Assembly: GCF_035594765.1 (NCBI RefSeq)
Contig: NC_085841.1
Span: 98,317,574-98,381,573 of the forward strand
Origin: Anolis carolinensis
Lineage: Eukaryota
Direction of reading: 5' to 3'
DNA length: 64,000 nucleotides
This document shows, piece by piece, positions 47,509 through 61,020 of this stretch. Position 1 is the first letter of the stretch; each line of letters opens with the position of its first letter. Both the position numbers and the translations under genes were made by a program. Below the pieces are notes generated by a model. It did not search any database and was not told where the DNA came from. It saw only the letters and a program-made list of their open reading frames with translations.

Positions 47509-48372
47509 TGTTGGGAATAGACAAGCCGTTAAGCTCTAATCACCCTCTGTATGAGGTAAATTCCCATTAAAATAACAGAGTGAAAATTGCAGCAGCATGA
47601 GACTTACGCGGTGTGATTTTGGAAGGCCTCTGTTACATCAGGAAGGCAAAGGGATGCAAAGTTAGCTTTAAAGTTTAAAAGCATTTATTGAGCCCCGGTG
47701 GCGAAGTGCGTTAAAGCTCCAGCTCCTGCCAACCTAGCAGTTCGAAAACATGCCAATGTGAGTAGATCAATAGGTACCACTCTGACGGGAAGGTAACGGC
47801 GCTCCATGCAGTCATGCCGGCCACATGACCTTGGAGGTGTCTACGGACAACGCCGGCTCTTTGGCTTAGAAATGGAGATGAACACCAACCCCCAGAGTCA
47901 GACATGACTGAACTTAACATCAGGGGAAACCTTTACCTTTACCTATTGAGGTAAAAAGAAATCCATTGATGGATAGAAAAAGTTCGGAGCTAACTATCTA
48001 ATCTATCCTGTTCTAATACACATAGACAGATTAAAATAAAGGTATAGATAGCTACATCTTGGCTAGTAGAGGACAGAGGTGCATCCTCTCTGGAATAAAG
48101 AAGGAAGCTGAAATGGTGACCAAGCCTCATGGGTCGCTTCTTCTCTAGGGCCATAAACATTCCAAAGGCCAAATTGTTATGTCAAACCCCTAGGAGAGAT
48201 CACATTTCTAGAAACATCAAAGGTTGGGCTGACCTAAATAGGACGGGAAGCAGGAAACAATGGTGAATCCTATCTAGGCATGCTTTGGAAATGGGGAAAG
48301 GATTCCCTCAATCTAACTCTATCATCTATCTGACTACATTTAGACTTGAATAGTCCAGGGTGATTCCCAACA
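47509..48372 (-). mobile_element. Solo LTR containing a Sauria SINE
   Basis: Perfect 10-bp inverted termini TGTTGGGAAT...ATTCCCAACA. 5-bp TSD CCAAC at 47504-47508 and 48373-48377. Minus-strand AATAAA near 47684; orientation inferred from this. Confidence 0.85.
47690..47944 (+). mobile_element. Sauria SINE with internal deletion
   Basis: GAGCCCCGGTGGCG head, CCTAGCAGTTCGAAAAC body, RTE/BovB-like tail ending (ACCTTT)n. TATTGAG is repeated at both ends. Confidence 0.9.
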
Positions 48373-50556
48373 CCAACAACCAATCTCTGGAGCTTCCTGG
48401 CTCTGCTGCTCTTTGTTCTTGCTACTCTAGCTTAATTTGAATTAGAGGGCAGTGAAAAGAGAAAAAAATGTCTGCTCACCTTCTGCTCTATGCTCAGAAT
48501 TGAAATTATGCCAAAGCATTATGACAACTGTGAAAAACCTAGCCCCTACATTGTAGTTTACTTAGATTGTGCATAAATGAGGCACTGCCCCTCTCCTTGG
48601 GAGGTAAATGTACCTAGTGGGAGAAACAAGCAAACGATGTGTATCTGGTGTTGGAGGAGAAAATGAACACACTCAGGAATGTGTATAGTTCAGTCAAGGC
48701 TTAAACTGGCCCTGATTTTGCTAATGGCATCTACAGCCTTAAAATATACACTCAAGGATGATACAAGCTAAAAGTCAAGAGAGGATCAAATTTACATGAC
48801 TGTGGAAGGGCCTGCAAGTCAGAGGTGTCGGGAAAGTATTTTCCCAAACGACAACATGCTATGCCAACTGGAGGATTCTGGGCCTTGTAGATCTAAAAGG
48901 ATACTGTTCCAAGGTCAGATGTAAATTGCCTGACACAGGAAGGGGGACCAATCTACTTAGGATGTGGTCTGACAAGTAGCTTAAAACTTACAGCAGGGAA
49001 TGAAACTCCACCAAATATGATTTTATTTCATGAAAAAGTGTGAGTGTGTGTGAATGTACTAACTCCCAAGTAATTTTCTTCCTAGGAAAAATAAAGTATT
49101 GCATGGAACCACTTCTGCTCTTCTACAGGCTTGCCTCTTCCATTTTGAGCCCAGGAAAATAAGAGGGAAAGAAACCCTTCCACATGCAGAAACACTTCAC
49201 TCACATTGAATGTTTACATCTCAAATTTAATGTAGCAGCAACGGGGAAAGTGGCATCCAACAAAAACCGAAATTGCATTAAGTGCATAATGTGTCAAGAG
49301 GCCCAGCTCATGCATTTTCCAAGTGCTCTGCGGGGAAAATGGATCACATTCCCTTTGGCATGAAGCTGAATTTTTAAAACAATTTCACTTCCTTTCCCAC
49401 CCAGCTGATCAAAACACAGTTCTAAGCTCTTTTTAGTGATGATATTAGTCTGTGTTGAACCTATGAAAGACTTCTAGATCTGATAGATTTTCAAAATCAC
49501 CAATCCCTTTTAAGGGAGACCACATTGCTTCCATTAGCAGCTTCCTGTCAATGAGGCCACAAGAAAGCAATCAATGTGGCAGGTAAATGTGCTTTGGAGA
49601 CATTCAGTTGCTCTTGCTTGATAGTTTTTATGAGGGCAATGGGGCCGGGAGAGGTGAGAGATACCAGCAAAAATGGGGAGGAGAAGCAGAATATGAAAAA
49701 GTGGGAAAATGTTTCTTGAAGTAGCATTGAAAATGCAGTTGTTAGCTTCTGCTTTTCAGGGAGGAGGGAAACTAGAAGGAAAGGCTTTGAACAGCAAGCA
49801 TCTACATAGTTCAAAGCCTTCACCCACCCTGAAGGCAGCGATCATCACTAAGAGCCACCCTAAAGCAACATCTTGCTGTTAAAGCTAAAATGAGGGCAGA
49901 TGTTATTATTTGATATTTGGCCACGTTCAAGGAAGTGACTAGGAAGACATGGGCTTTTTCCTCAAGGCCAAAGCATATGCCCTCTTGCCATGCGAGCTTG
50001 TGAAGCAATCTCTTCTGCTTACCTAAATCAAACACAACAACCAGGCGGTTTAATGTCATGAAGCAAATGAAAGATTTCAAGGTCCCATTCCAAATCAAAC
50101 CAAGCTAAATAACTTGTTTTGTCAACATAACGGTATTTTCTGTACATTTGACAATAAGCTGAAGAACTAGACAGCCTCAGTGCCAGGGATTTAATGTGGA
50201 ATCACTGCAAGTTATTCAGTTACATTACACTGGGGAATTGCTCAACATCATTATCAGTTTATGATCCACCAATTGCTCCCTCAATTTATCTGCCATCAGC
50301 TTTTTTTCAGTAGAAAGACCTTTTTTCCTTAAGGACAGAAGAAAAGTACAATTCCTATAAGTATAGATGACAATAGCCCTTAGAGTATTATACATTGGTT
50401 TGGGATGGGCACATCGGACAGCTGGATCCATGACCTCCATGGGGCATCATCATAGTTCTGCTGATTTTAATTCAGCGTTGAACTGTTTTTTCTAGCTAAT
50501 TGTTGCTATTTTATACTTTCCCCTAAGACTTCAATAAGTCTTCATAAGAGATTTTA

Positions 50557-50849
50557 GGGCCCTTCCACACTGCCATATAACCCAGAATATCAAGGCAGAT
50601 AATTCACAATATCTGCTTTCAACTGGAATATCTGAGTCCACACTGCCATATAATCCAGTTCAATGTGGATTTTATACAGCTGTGTGGAAGGAGTCTTAAG
50701 GCCCATCCAGACAGGCCCTATATCTCAGGATCTGATCCCAGGTTTTCTGTTTATCCCAGATTATCTGGCAGTGGGGACTAATATAATCCAGTTTAAAGCA
50801 GAAAATTTGGTATCAGGTCCTGGGATATAGGACCTGTCTGGAAGGGCCT
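50557..50849. mobile_element. Two adjacent Harbinger-like MITEs (50557-50695 and 50699-50849)
   Basis: Arrangement TTA-[GGGCCCTTCCACAC...GTGTGGAAGGAGTC]-TTA-[AGGCCCATCCAGACAGG...CCTGTCTGGAAGGGCCT]-TTA. Confidence 0.85.
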
Positions 50850-50991
50850 TTACAGCGATTAAGGAAAGACTTTTGGGTTTGAATAGAAGCTAGTTACGAG
50901 CAGCTAGTGATAAGGAGATCAAAAATTTGGGGGTGTCCTGGGGAGAGAAGAACCATGCCAGACCCAAAACGAGGTATATGCGGCACCTGGT

Positions 50992-51273
50992 TTGTGTGTG
51001 TGTGTGTGTCAGGAGCAACCGGAGTTGCTTCTGGAGTGAGAGAATTGGCCGTCTGCAAGGATGTTGCCCAGGGGACGCCCGGATGTTGTTGTTTTTTTTT
51101 AATGTTCTACCATCCTTGTGGGAGGCTTCTCTCATGTCCCCGCATGGAGCTGGAGCTGATAGAGGGAGCTCATCCGTGCTCTCCCTGGGTGGGATTCGAA
51201 CCTGGCAACCTTCAGGTCAGCAACCCAACCTTCAAGTCACGAGGCTTTTATCCCCTAGGCCACCGGAGGCTCC
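50992..51273 (-). mobile_element. tRNA-derived SINE (same family as 2129-2390) with (CA)n tail
   Basis: B-box GGTTCGAATCCC on the minus strand. 13-bp TSD T(G/A)CGGCACCTGGT at 50979-50991 and 51274-51286. Confidence 0.88.
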
Positions 51274-51319
51274 TACGGCACCTGGTGAGCTTGCAAGAAG
51301 CCAAATATAGTTTCCCCTA

Positions 51320-52625
51320 TCTATATTCTATATTCTATTCTATTCTATATTTTATTTTATATTTTATATCCATAATAAAAGTGAAAACCCGTATGTGTGT
51401 ATGTGGCACAGGTGTCTGTTCACACAGACAGCCTCCGGCCTCCACAAACAGGCTATAGTTCTCAGCGCTAAGGAGCCAGCAAGTCACTCTTTTCCACTGA
51501 CATTGCGGTTACAGCGAGCTCCTTGAACATGCAGCCCAACCCCTGCCAATGTCCTCCCCAAACACTACCCACCACCCAAGAAATGCTTTCATTTGGGGAC
51601 CATTTCATCCTAGATTGTGCCTTTTCCTCCACCACAGGAAGGCATCCCAGGGTTCTCCATTGGTGTGAAATTTGCATAACCCCGCCTACTGCCCTTCCCT
51701 TTCCAATCTGTCTGCAGAACAAACACAGCACAACTACACTTCCTGGAGGAGTTTGGGGGATTGACTCCTCATGGTGGAAGTTGTAGTTCACCCTGCATCA
51801 AGTCAGAGCACTGTGACTCCCACTGAGGAATTTTTAGGAGTTATAGTTCACCTACACCCAGAACGCTATGAACCCAAACAATGATGGCTCTGGACCAAAC
51901 TTACCATGCATACCTGATATGTCTAGATTTGAATACTGGTGGGTTTTGAGGGGAATTGGCCTGGACATTTGAGAGTCTTAGGTACTGGGATTTATAGTTC
52001 ACCTGCAATGAATGAGCACTTCGAACCCCTCCGATGATGTACCACGACCACACTTGGCATAAAGAGCCCCCATAACCAAAAGAGCATATTGGATAAATTT
52101 GGGGGAAAGGGAGTTATAGGTCACGTGTATCCAGAGAAACAGTGACCCCCCACCGACAACGGACTGGGACCAAACTTTGCACAGAGAAGCCTCATGACCA
52201 ACTGAACAAACTGTAGGAGTTTGTGGGAATGGGCCTTGATTTTGGGAGTTGTAGTTCACCTGCATCCAAAGAGCACTGAAGCCAGCCAACAACGGATCTG
52301 GATCAAACTTGGCACACAGACTCAACATTGCCTGCTGTGGATACTGGCAGATGTTTTGGGACAATTGCCCTGGGAATCTGGAAGTTGTAGCAGTTCACCC
52401 CCATCCAGAGAGCACTGCAGCCAGGTGATGACCAGCCAATGACAGATCTGGACCACACTTGGTATAAAGACCCAAAATGGCCAACTTTGAATACTGGCAG
52501 GGTTTGGGGAGGATTGATCCATGATTCTGGGAATTGTAGTTCACCCACTCCAAACTAAAAAAAACCTAACAACCAAAGACAAATAATGCCAAATAATGCC
52601 AAATAACGCCCGGTCCCTAAGCTAG
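51320..52625 (+). mobile_element. Non-autonomous Helitron with internal tandem module of about 110-120 bp
   Basis: Starts A|TCTATA and ends GCCCGGTCCCTAAGCTAG|T, an A-T insertion with no TSD. About 6-7 diverged repeats of GGAGTTGTAGTTCACC...GGACCAAACTTGGC...TACTGG. Confidence 0.75.
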
Positions 52626-52626
52626 T

Positions 52627-52935
52627 CCCCAATAAATCTCACCAGATTGAAGCAGAGAGCACCAAAGCCTTTTATTCTGTCCAGTTGGTACAGGATGGTG
52701 GTTGCAATATGATGCAGAAGTAAACCGGCATTACATTTACAGTAAAAACAACACTTTTTATATATGTCTTCTTTTGAATTTCCCACCTCCCGCCCACCGT
52801 TCAGCTCTGCGCTGATTGGCTCTGGCATCAGAGCAGAGGGGGAGCCACCAGGGGCCTCCTCCAATGAGAGTGTGAGCCCCATCTGTGACCTCACTTCCTC
52901 ACTGGCCAATGGGGGAGATGGAGGTGTGGCAACAG
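52627..52935 (-). promoter_or_regulatory. LTR-like promoter/polyA cassette, element ends not found
   Basis: Minus-strand order: CCAAT motifs (52815-52910), GC box (about 52790), TATAAAA (about 52755-52762), AATAAA (about 52671). Confidence 0.4.
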
Positions 52936-55900
52936 GAGAGACAAAGGGTACACATGTGGAAATAACAAGATTATAGATGACTCAATGATGATCTTTTGTC
53001 CAAATAGCCCAGTGATCGCCTGTAGCACTTCAACCAGACCTAGCTTGTGGATCCATTGATTGATTTGGCCAGTTCCATGAATGGGGTCTAGCCCCTGTGA
53101 GTTTTATGACAGGAATGGGTGATAGGATTAGAAAATCTCTCCTCAGGTGGTCTGACATCCAATGTCCTCTGAAGCCTTGAGGGTGAGACCTATTGTCAGT
53201 AGAGGAATTTTGGGAATCCAAGATGTCCTTATTTGGGGCTTCCTGGTACAGGGGTCAGGCCTAGGTCATCATGCTTCAGTTTAAACACAGATATATGGAA
53301 AGGTATTGCAGTAATGACAATAACATAGGCAATAAGAAATTATGACAATAATAATAATAATAAAATGATAAAGTGATAGTGACACACGAAGGGCCCCATA
53401 TTCCACGGAGGATTCAATATTGATCCAACATCCCATGGGGCTGGTTGAAAGGAAAAGCAGGGTGGAGGGTAAGTTATAGTTTCCCAAGGGTTGGTGCAGC
53501 CCGGAATGGGTGCTGGAGGGAGAGATAGAGAGAGATAGAGCCTTTTGGGGCTCAAAGGGAGGGAAGAGGGAATCCTGAACCCCAGAATCAGAAAAGAGAT
53601 ACATAGTAATGCATGCAACAGTGAAAGGAGGGAAAAGATACATTTTTGCTAAAGACTTGGCTACAACATGGCCAAGTCCTTTTCCTTTTGTTTCAATAAA
53701 CTCTGTTTTGAAGACACTTTAAAGTCTGGCCCTTTAAGGCGTCTGTGATTCCAACAGGCTGCCCTTGTATAATCAGCTCTTGACACCCACGGATTCTCCA
53801 TTCATGAGACCAATCACAATTGGCTTGAAAATATTCTCCACCTCCACCCCCAAAGAAATCCAAATGGCAAACCTTAATTTTGCTATTTATATAAGAGATG
53901 CCATTTTACAACACTATTGTCTATAATGGAATGGGCATTCACAGATTTTGGTATCCATGATAGATTCTGGAAGCAAAGCTCAGTGGATACTAAGGGCACA
54001 TGGAAGCTTCTTTCTGTTGTCATGCCTCAGTAAGACCTTGTCATACTTTTAAGCCTAGTGCTGAGTGAAATATGTATGATATTGTATTTTACACAAAGGA
54101 AATGATATATTTCGTAGACTTTCTCATAAGAACAGAAGGTAAAGCATGCCAGTTACATTGGCTCATTTCCCCCCTTTCTCCCATATTATTTATTTATTTA
54201 TTTACTGCATTTTTATCCCACCCTTCTTACCCCAAAGGGGACTCAGAGTGGCTTACAAATTATATGTACATACAATATATTATATATTAGCATAGCACAA
54301 TATTAGCATTATATATTACTATATTGAACTATACCACTATACTGTAATATTACATATGAATCAAAGAAGATCAGTCAAGACATGGATGCCATTACTATGT
54401 AGCTTGTTGTGATGGAATACATAGATAGATACTGTACAATGAAGCCCTCACAAAATTTGCCTGCCTTATAATGGAGCTATATTTTTGCAGAATACAGAAC
54501 AAGAGAAACATATAGCAACTAGAAGAATGATTATCTGATGGAAATGGCTGATGGCCTGCAGTTCTAACGCGACGGTTATTTTATGCAATGCAACTTGACG
54601 TCAACAGTACACTTCTCAGTACTTGCTTCATGAGAAAAAATATCATCTGACTGGCATGGGATAGAAGTGTTTAAAGAGAGTGTGCATTCATCAAAATGTT
54701 CTCATTGGAGATTTATCCCTGCCATTTCTTTTGTGTGAGGCATATATGGGAGGAGGAAGGATTTTTCTGACAGTGATGATTTCAGTCTGAGTTGTATCAA
54801 ACGCCCTACTTAAATACTAAACAATCTGAGATCCAGCAATCTCTTGGGAGTGCAGGGATTCCAAAAGCCCCAGGAAGTTTTCCAGTAATAAAGCTTCTTA
54901 TTAATTTTAACAGAAGGTCTGGCTCTATGTATGAACTTCCTCCCATTTCCATTGAAATGAACTGAGAATTGCATTTACCAAGGATCTGGAGGTGTTTGTA
55001 AGATGTAGATCCTGAGGTTTTTCTCAAAGTAACGTTGATTCTGCTTTGATTATGACTCTTTCAAACCAATTCAAGAGAAAGAAAGAAAAATAAAACCACA
55101 CCAGAAAAAATAAAATATATGAAAAACATCCCATTTCTCACCCAGTGCTAATTTGAGTAGATATTTCTCCATATAATATGCTTCATCCCTCATAATTATG
55201 TATCCATATGTTTTTCTCCTTTTCTGTATTATATACTTTTAACTGTAAACTAGAAGATGTTTTTAAGAATCAAAATATGTCTTTCCTTTTTCTGAATCAC
55301 CCACAAGCTAATCTGGTGGGTTTCCTTAAGCTGCGGAATCCATCAAATGTAAACCTTCAAAGGGTTGTTTATGTGCCTCATATCTCCAAACCACAAAAAC
55401 ATAACCTGTGGATCAGACCTTGTACCCGTGACCCAGTGACTTTTTGACATCTTGAGGTTAGGCATCCCAAGCATGCATAAGCAGGAAACGCCAAGCTGCT
55501 TTCAGCCACATCCTGGTGTGGCTGCAGTATAAATTAGAGCTGTGTGAAAACCCTGGGAAAATATGTTGACATTTATATATCTCTTTCCTTTCCCTTTCTG
55601 CCTTTGAAAGAAGTGTGTGGAGTGAGAATAATATTCATTAATCAATGGAAAATTTAAAACACTGGGAAAATGGAGACAAACTTGAATAAACTTGAAGAAT
55701 CCCTCATCTTGCAAATGAGCCCCTATGAATGATGAGCTATGCCAAAGTTAAAGAAATGCTTTGGAGAATTACAGGAAAGCCAGATAAAAAGATCAACATT
55801 TAGAAAGGGATCATTTGGCACCATTATTATTAATATTTTTGAAGCTTACATAACAAGAGTGGTTTAAAGAGGTTTTTTTTTGTTTGTTGTTCTTAAGACA

Positions 55901-58900
55901 CAAAGGTCACCACTTCCACTTGTAATATAAATTACCTTTCCTTTTCCTACTATAAAACTTTGCAAGGAAATGAAGCCTAGCAAAAAAAAATATGATGCAA
56001 TTGTTTCATGGGGAACTCATGACAGATTAAAATGTTATATTAAAAAGTTAATTCATGAATGGAATATAATAACAAAGGAACCAAAACAGCAAAATTAAGA
56101 CGGCATAAAAAACAATCCACTCTGCTGTTATGATAATCACTTGAAAGATGTCCACTCATTTTCTGAAGAAGAATATCCTTAGAAAAAACAAGGAAGGAAA
56201 ATATCTACAATGAAACAAACCAAACATGGAAATGAAATGTGATAATCAAAACCATGTCAGTTCCATGTTTGGATATAATCTGAGATCACTTAAGTAAGTC
56301 TCACTCATGAAAAAGTATTTCCTCTCTTCTCTTCCCCTACTTTACTCCACACACACTCTGTTCCCCCACATTTTGAAGGCACAGAAAGGGTAGCAGCAAG
56401 GGGAAGAGGACTAACCTTTTCCTCATTCAATTGACAGAAGCTGATGTATCAGAGAAAAGGTTCACTGGATGCTGCCTATGTGTAATTCACAGCGGCAAGT
56501 GAATGAAAATATCTACCAATTAAGAGAGCATACAAAAATGTTGGTTGGCATCCTGTTCAGTAGCTATAGAATCATAGGCTATCTTAACACATGGGCATAA
56601 AGGCTCTATGTTAATCTATGCACAGACCAGAATTGAACACTAATTTTCCAGTCAATATTCAAATCTTCCGTTAACTTGATTGGAGCAAAATTATGGCTTG
56701 TAGTGGAGAGTTGGCATGACTGCATTCACAAGAGAATTTTTAACATTTGTATTGCTCTGTTATTGTTATGGAAGCACAATATTGTAATGGATTTGTGGGA
56801 GGCAATTGATGGCTGGGAACAACAATGGCTGACAGTGTGCATTTCCATTATTGGAAACAGAGCCTCTGCTGTTTGTGTGCCAATAATTCTGTGTAATGAA
56901 GAGTTAGAGGAAGTGTAAGAAAGTGAAGTGAGGGAAGAAGAACTGTAGCCTTATTATGTGATAATAATAAATATAAGTTTATTTATCAATAATTTACATT
57001 TTTATTTATGTGAGTGATTGTGTAGGCATTAGCCTTGGGCACCATGGAGGTGGAGGTACTTGATAAGCTAGACACCTCGTCTTCAAGCAAACATATGCAA
57101 AAAGAAGGAGATGACAGTTAATATCTATGTTGGAGAGAACAGATATGCAAAAGGTTGCAGGTACGGCTAGCCCTAAGACAACGAGGCAACAACCTTAATT
57201 GGTAAATGGGAGGCAGAGCAGTCTCTGAATTGTTTTTTTCTGAGACCCCAATCTCACCCAACCACTTGCTTCTCAAGAAGCCTCTTCCCCATCCACAGCA
57301 CTAACTAGCGTACTATCAAATAGAGTAGAGGAATCTATACTAGGAAACTATACATCTGAATTAGTTGGGTTATGGACAATAAACAGAAAAGAGATGTGGG
57401 GACCTTTCACATTTCACAATTATATGCCACACCCCTGAATGGATCCATCCTGTAGAAGCGTTGGGTTTGTAGTTTGAAGAGGCAGAAGTGCTCTCTGGCT
57501 GAGAATTTGAAATACGCCTTCCCCAAACTACAACATCCAGAATTGTATAGGATGGAATCATGTTAGTGAAAATGCTATAATAATTTTATAGTGCGAAAAG
57601 TGCCAGGATGCAGCTCAGGAATGTTGGTTCTGCAGTTCACAGCAACAATTACAGAGAGTTTGATAGAGAGTAAAGGATAAACCTTAGGACACTTTACGAT
57701 ATATACACCTCCAAAAAGAAACAGATTGCTCGACCTGCCTGTGGAGACTTTTGTTAACATTCTGAGCTGGAGAATGACAGCTGGAATAAACCTCTCATTG
57801 TATAAGACAGCTAAATGTTTTGAGTGGGGCAAATTTGTAAAATATAATGGGGAATGATGAACTTTTACAACACCTCTACTTGTGACTCTGAACTATGAAG
57901 TGCGTGACTGAGATGCCCATATCAGTACGTGACTGAGATGCCCTCTCCTCAGGAAGGAAGCCTAAAGAAACACAAAGAAAGCTTGGGATAATTTCTCTTT
58001 ACATTTTCCAGGCACTTTGGGAAATTAGGGGTGTATTCGTGGGGAAGAGGGCATCCCCACCTCCAAAGAATTTTGTTTCCAAATGACATTTTCCTTCAGT
58101 CTGTACATTTCTAGCATTGCAGAGAGGGAGGCATTGAAAACCATTCACACCTTGAACTCTTAACATTTGCTGTGTCTGCATTCCTTTGGTAACTTTGCCC
58201 GATTCTTTTCTTTGAATGCTCAGGTGAAGTTTTAAGTTACTGCAATGTTAGAAATTTGGGGACTGCTCATTTGCAGGAGCAGAATTCATCTGGGGGCAGT
58301 GCCTTGGGCCGTGTCTATGTCTGAGACTTGTCAAGGGGAAAGGAATTTCACTTCAGGATTACATTGTGGTGAGGCAAATGATTCTTCTTAATCGATTTCC
58401 TATATAAGATTAAATTAATACAATGTTAGGATGTTACAGAAAATACAAGTTAGAATATTTTATGTTAATTACTTAATAATGACCACTTGTGAAATATTTA
58501 AAATTGTGTTATGTACAGTTTATAATACATATTTGTTTTTTTAAAAGCTCCCCTCTCAAATGCTTTAGCAATTGTAGTAAAGTTTGCCAGTGACGTGCAA
58601 AACATGGTCTGTCATTTCTTATTCATCCCCTCAGGGCTGTTTTATTGACTGGGGGTAGAGCAGATTGGAGATATAAAATCTAAGCCACATGCCTTTGAGA
58701 CAAAACACACTTTAGCTGATTTGTTTACTTCTTTACCAAGATGATTTGTATATTGTTTATCCACATTTCTTTCTTTTTTATTCTAAACTAAAGTGTTTTG
58801 GCAATGAAGCCCTGGGAAACAGACATATATGTTTGTTTTCTAAATAGCTTTCAGATTGAAGACAATGCTAACATTATTTGAGCTGATCTGGATCTCTCTG

Positions 58901-61020
58901 GGTCTGCACTGTTTCAAAATGTAGACAAGTATTTGTTTGTTTGTTTTATAAAAATGCCATCCATGTGAAAAATTGACTTAGAAATGGAAAGATAGTACAC
59001 CAAAGAGATGTCTCAACTAGATCTCCATCTCTTTCTTCCAAAATGCTCACATTCCACATCAAGGAATGTGTCTGAGGAATATTTGATGATACAAGTTCCT
59101 ACTTGCATTCTTCTGTGGTATTGTCTCAGTAAAACTCCACGGATTGGTTCCTCTGAATATGTAAGACTTCAGTTTTGACCTGTAGTGGGAAAAGATATAG
59201 TCCTCCTCCATCCTATTTTTGTAGCCTCAAAACCTCCTCCAACCATCCATTTCTCTCCATTTGCATGTGTGTATGTATATCTGTGTGTGGTGTTTTTAAC
59301 TCAAAAATTAGCCAAAATGCTCCCAAAGTATTTGGGAGCACCAATGTGACAAGTTAGATCACCTCCAATCTCTCCCTTAAGCCAAAATAAAACTGAGCAG
59401 AAAAATAACCAGAAGTGATATAAGGTAATGTCTAGTACACTTGAATTTGCTGGTATGACTTGTATGGATCCATAGAGCCAAACATTCCATATAGTTTCTA
59501 GCCTCTGCTTAGATGGAGTCAGTGAGCAGAAGTAGCTGGTAAACCCAAAGGGAGTGAGTCAGTGAACTTGCTCCAGTTTTTAGTGTGAAATTTAAGAAGT
59601 GATAAGATCCCCAGAGTGAATTCAGAACTTTGAATAGCTTTTCTAAAGCATCACCACATCACTGACATCAGAGACGTCATCTGCTACTGCCACCATAAAA
59701 TGTTTCTGTGCCCCCCCCCCCCCAGTAGCTTCATTTGGATTGCAAACCTGTCAACACTTGCCAAGTTTATTGTTAGGAATGAATAAGGATTGCTCTGAAA
59801 GAGTTTATGAGATTTTGAATTGACTCCGAAATGAATCTTTGCATGTTGGTCATATGGTAAAAATGAATACAATAATTATTTTCTCTGGCTATATATCTAT
59901 TGCAGTGTCCAACTTCTATTAGTCTTACTGATCACTGAGGGCTAAAGAAGATATGTGGCATTACCTTTCTTTCTCTCTCTTTCTTTATTTTGTCCCTGCC
60001 AGTTGACCACTAGCACCCTACACTGCCAACTTGGCTCTGCAATGTGTTCACACAGAGCTCAGCAGATGGATGGCTCTCCTAATTAGTTAAGTCTGCTTCA
60101 GTGTCCAAACAGGAGCTGGCAGGCACGACAGCTGCAGATACTTTCTCTTGCAGTAGACAAGCTCCCATGCATCAGTAAGAACTGAATTCCTATTTAAATA
60201 ATCAGCAAATTAGATTAACTGACAAACAAATTAAAACAAACAAGCTGAAGGTGAGAGGTTTCCATGCCTTTTTCCTCTTGCAAGGATAGAGAAAGTTCAC
60301 TCCTGCTTCTGTACTTTATCTTCTCACTCATTTTGAGTCTGTCAGGATGTTTATTCTGACCTCACAGATGCATGCATCAAAGCTGCTGCTGTTTGCATCG
60401 CATTGGTATGTGAATGAGGATAATTGTTTGGGCTATGCTAATTACCTGTCACTTCCTCAAAAACCAGGTCTGTAAAATAACCACAATATGGGACAGAGTG
60501 CTCTTTAACTTTAATTCTTTCACAAGCAGATCAAAAATTTCAGATAGGCCTAAGCAGCCAATTTTGAGAAAAAAGAAAGACAATTAAAATGGCAGCCCCA
60601 TCGTTTGTTAAATGATGAACACTATGAGTGAAATCCTGTTGGTGTCTTATGCATGCATAGAACTCCACATAGAAGACATCTGGACCTTTTGGTCTGGTGT
60701 GGATCATCTACCCTGATTTCAAAGTTGTTGAAGTGTAGTTGGACTTGTGGTACCCTTCATATGTGTATGCAGATCCATATACATATTCAGTTGTTCATTG
60801 GGTTGCCGGGTGACAAACAGTATGGCAGTCCCTTGTGTGGGTGTGTAGAAGTAAAATTATCTGCAGGTGTTGGCTATGCAATACATAACAGCACATCGCT
60901 CCATCCTATGGAATTATGGGACTTATAGTTTAGGGAGAATTCTCAGCCAGAGAAGTCTAGCATCTTGCCAAATTAAAAACTCCAGCATTCTGTAAGATGC
61001 AGCCATGGCAGCCCCTAGAG

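Noticed and set aside
51770-52550. CRISPR-like repeat-spacer array
   Set aside because: Eukaryotic context, degenerate units, homologous rather than unique spacers, and no cas genes.
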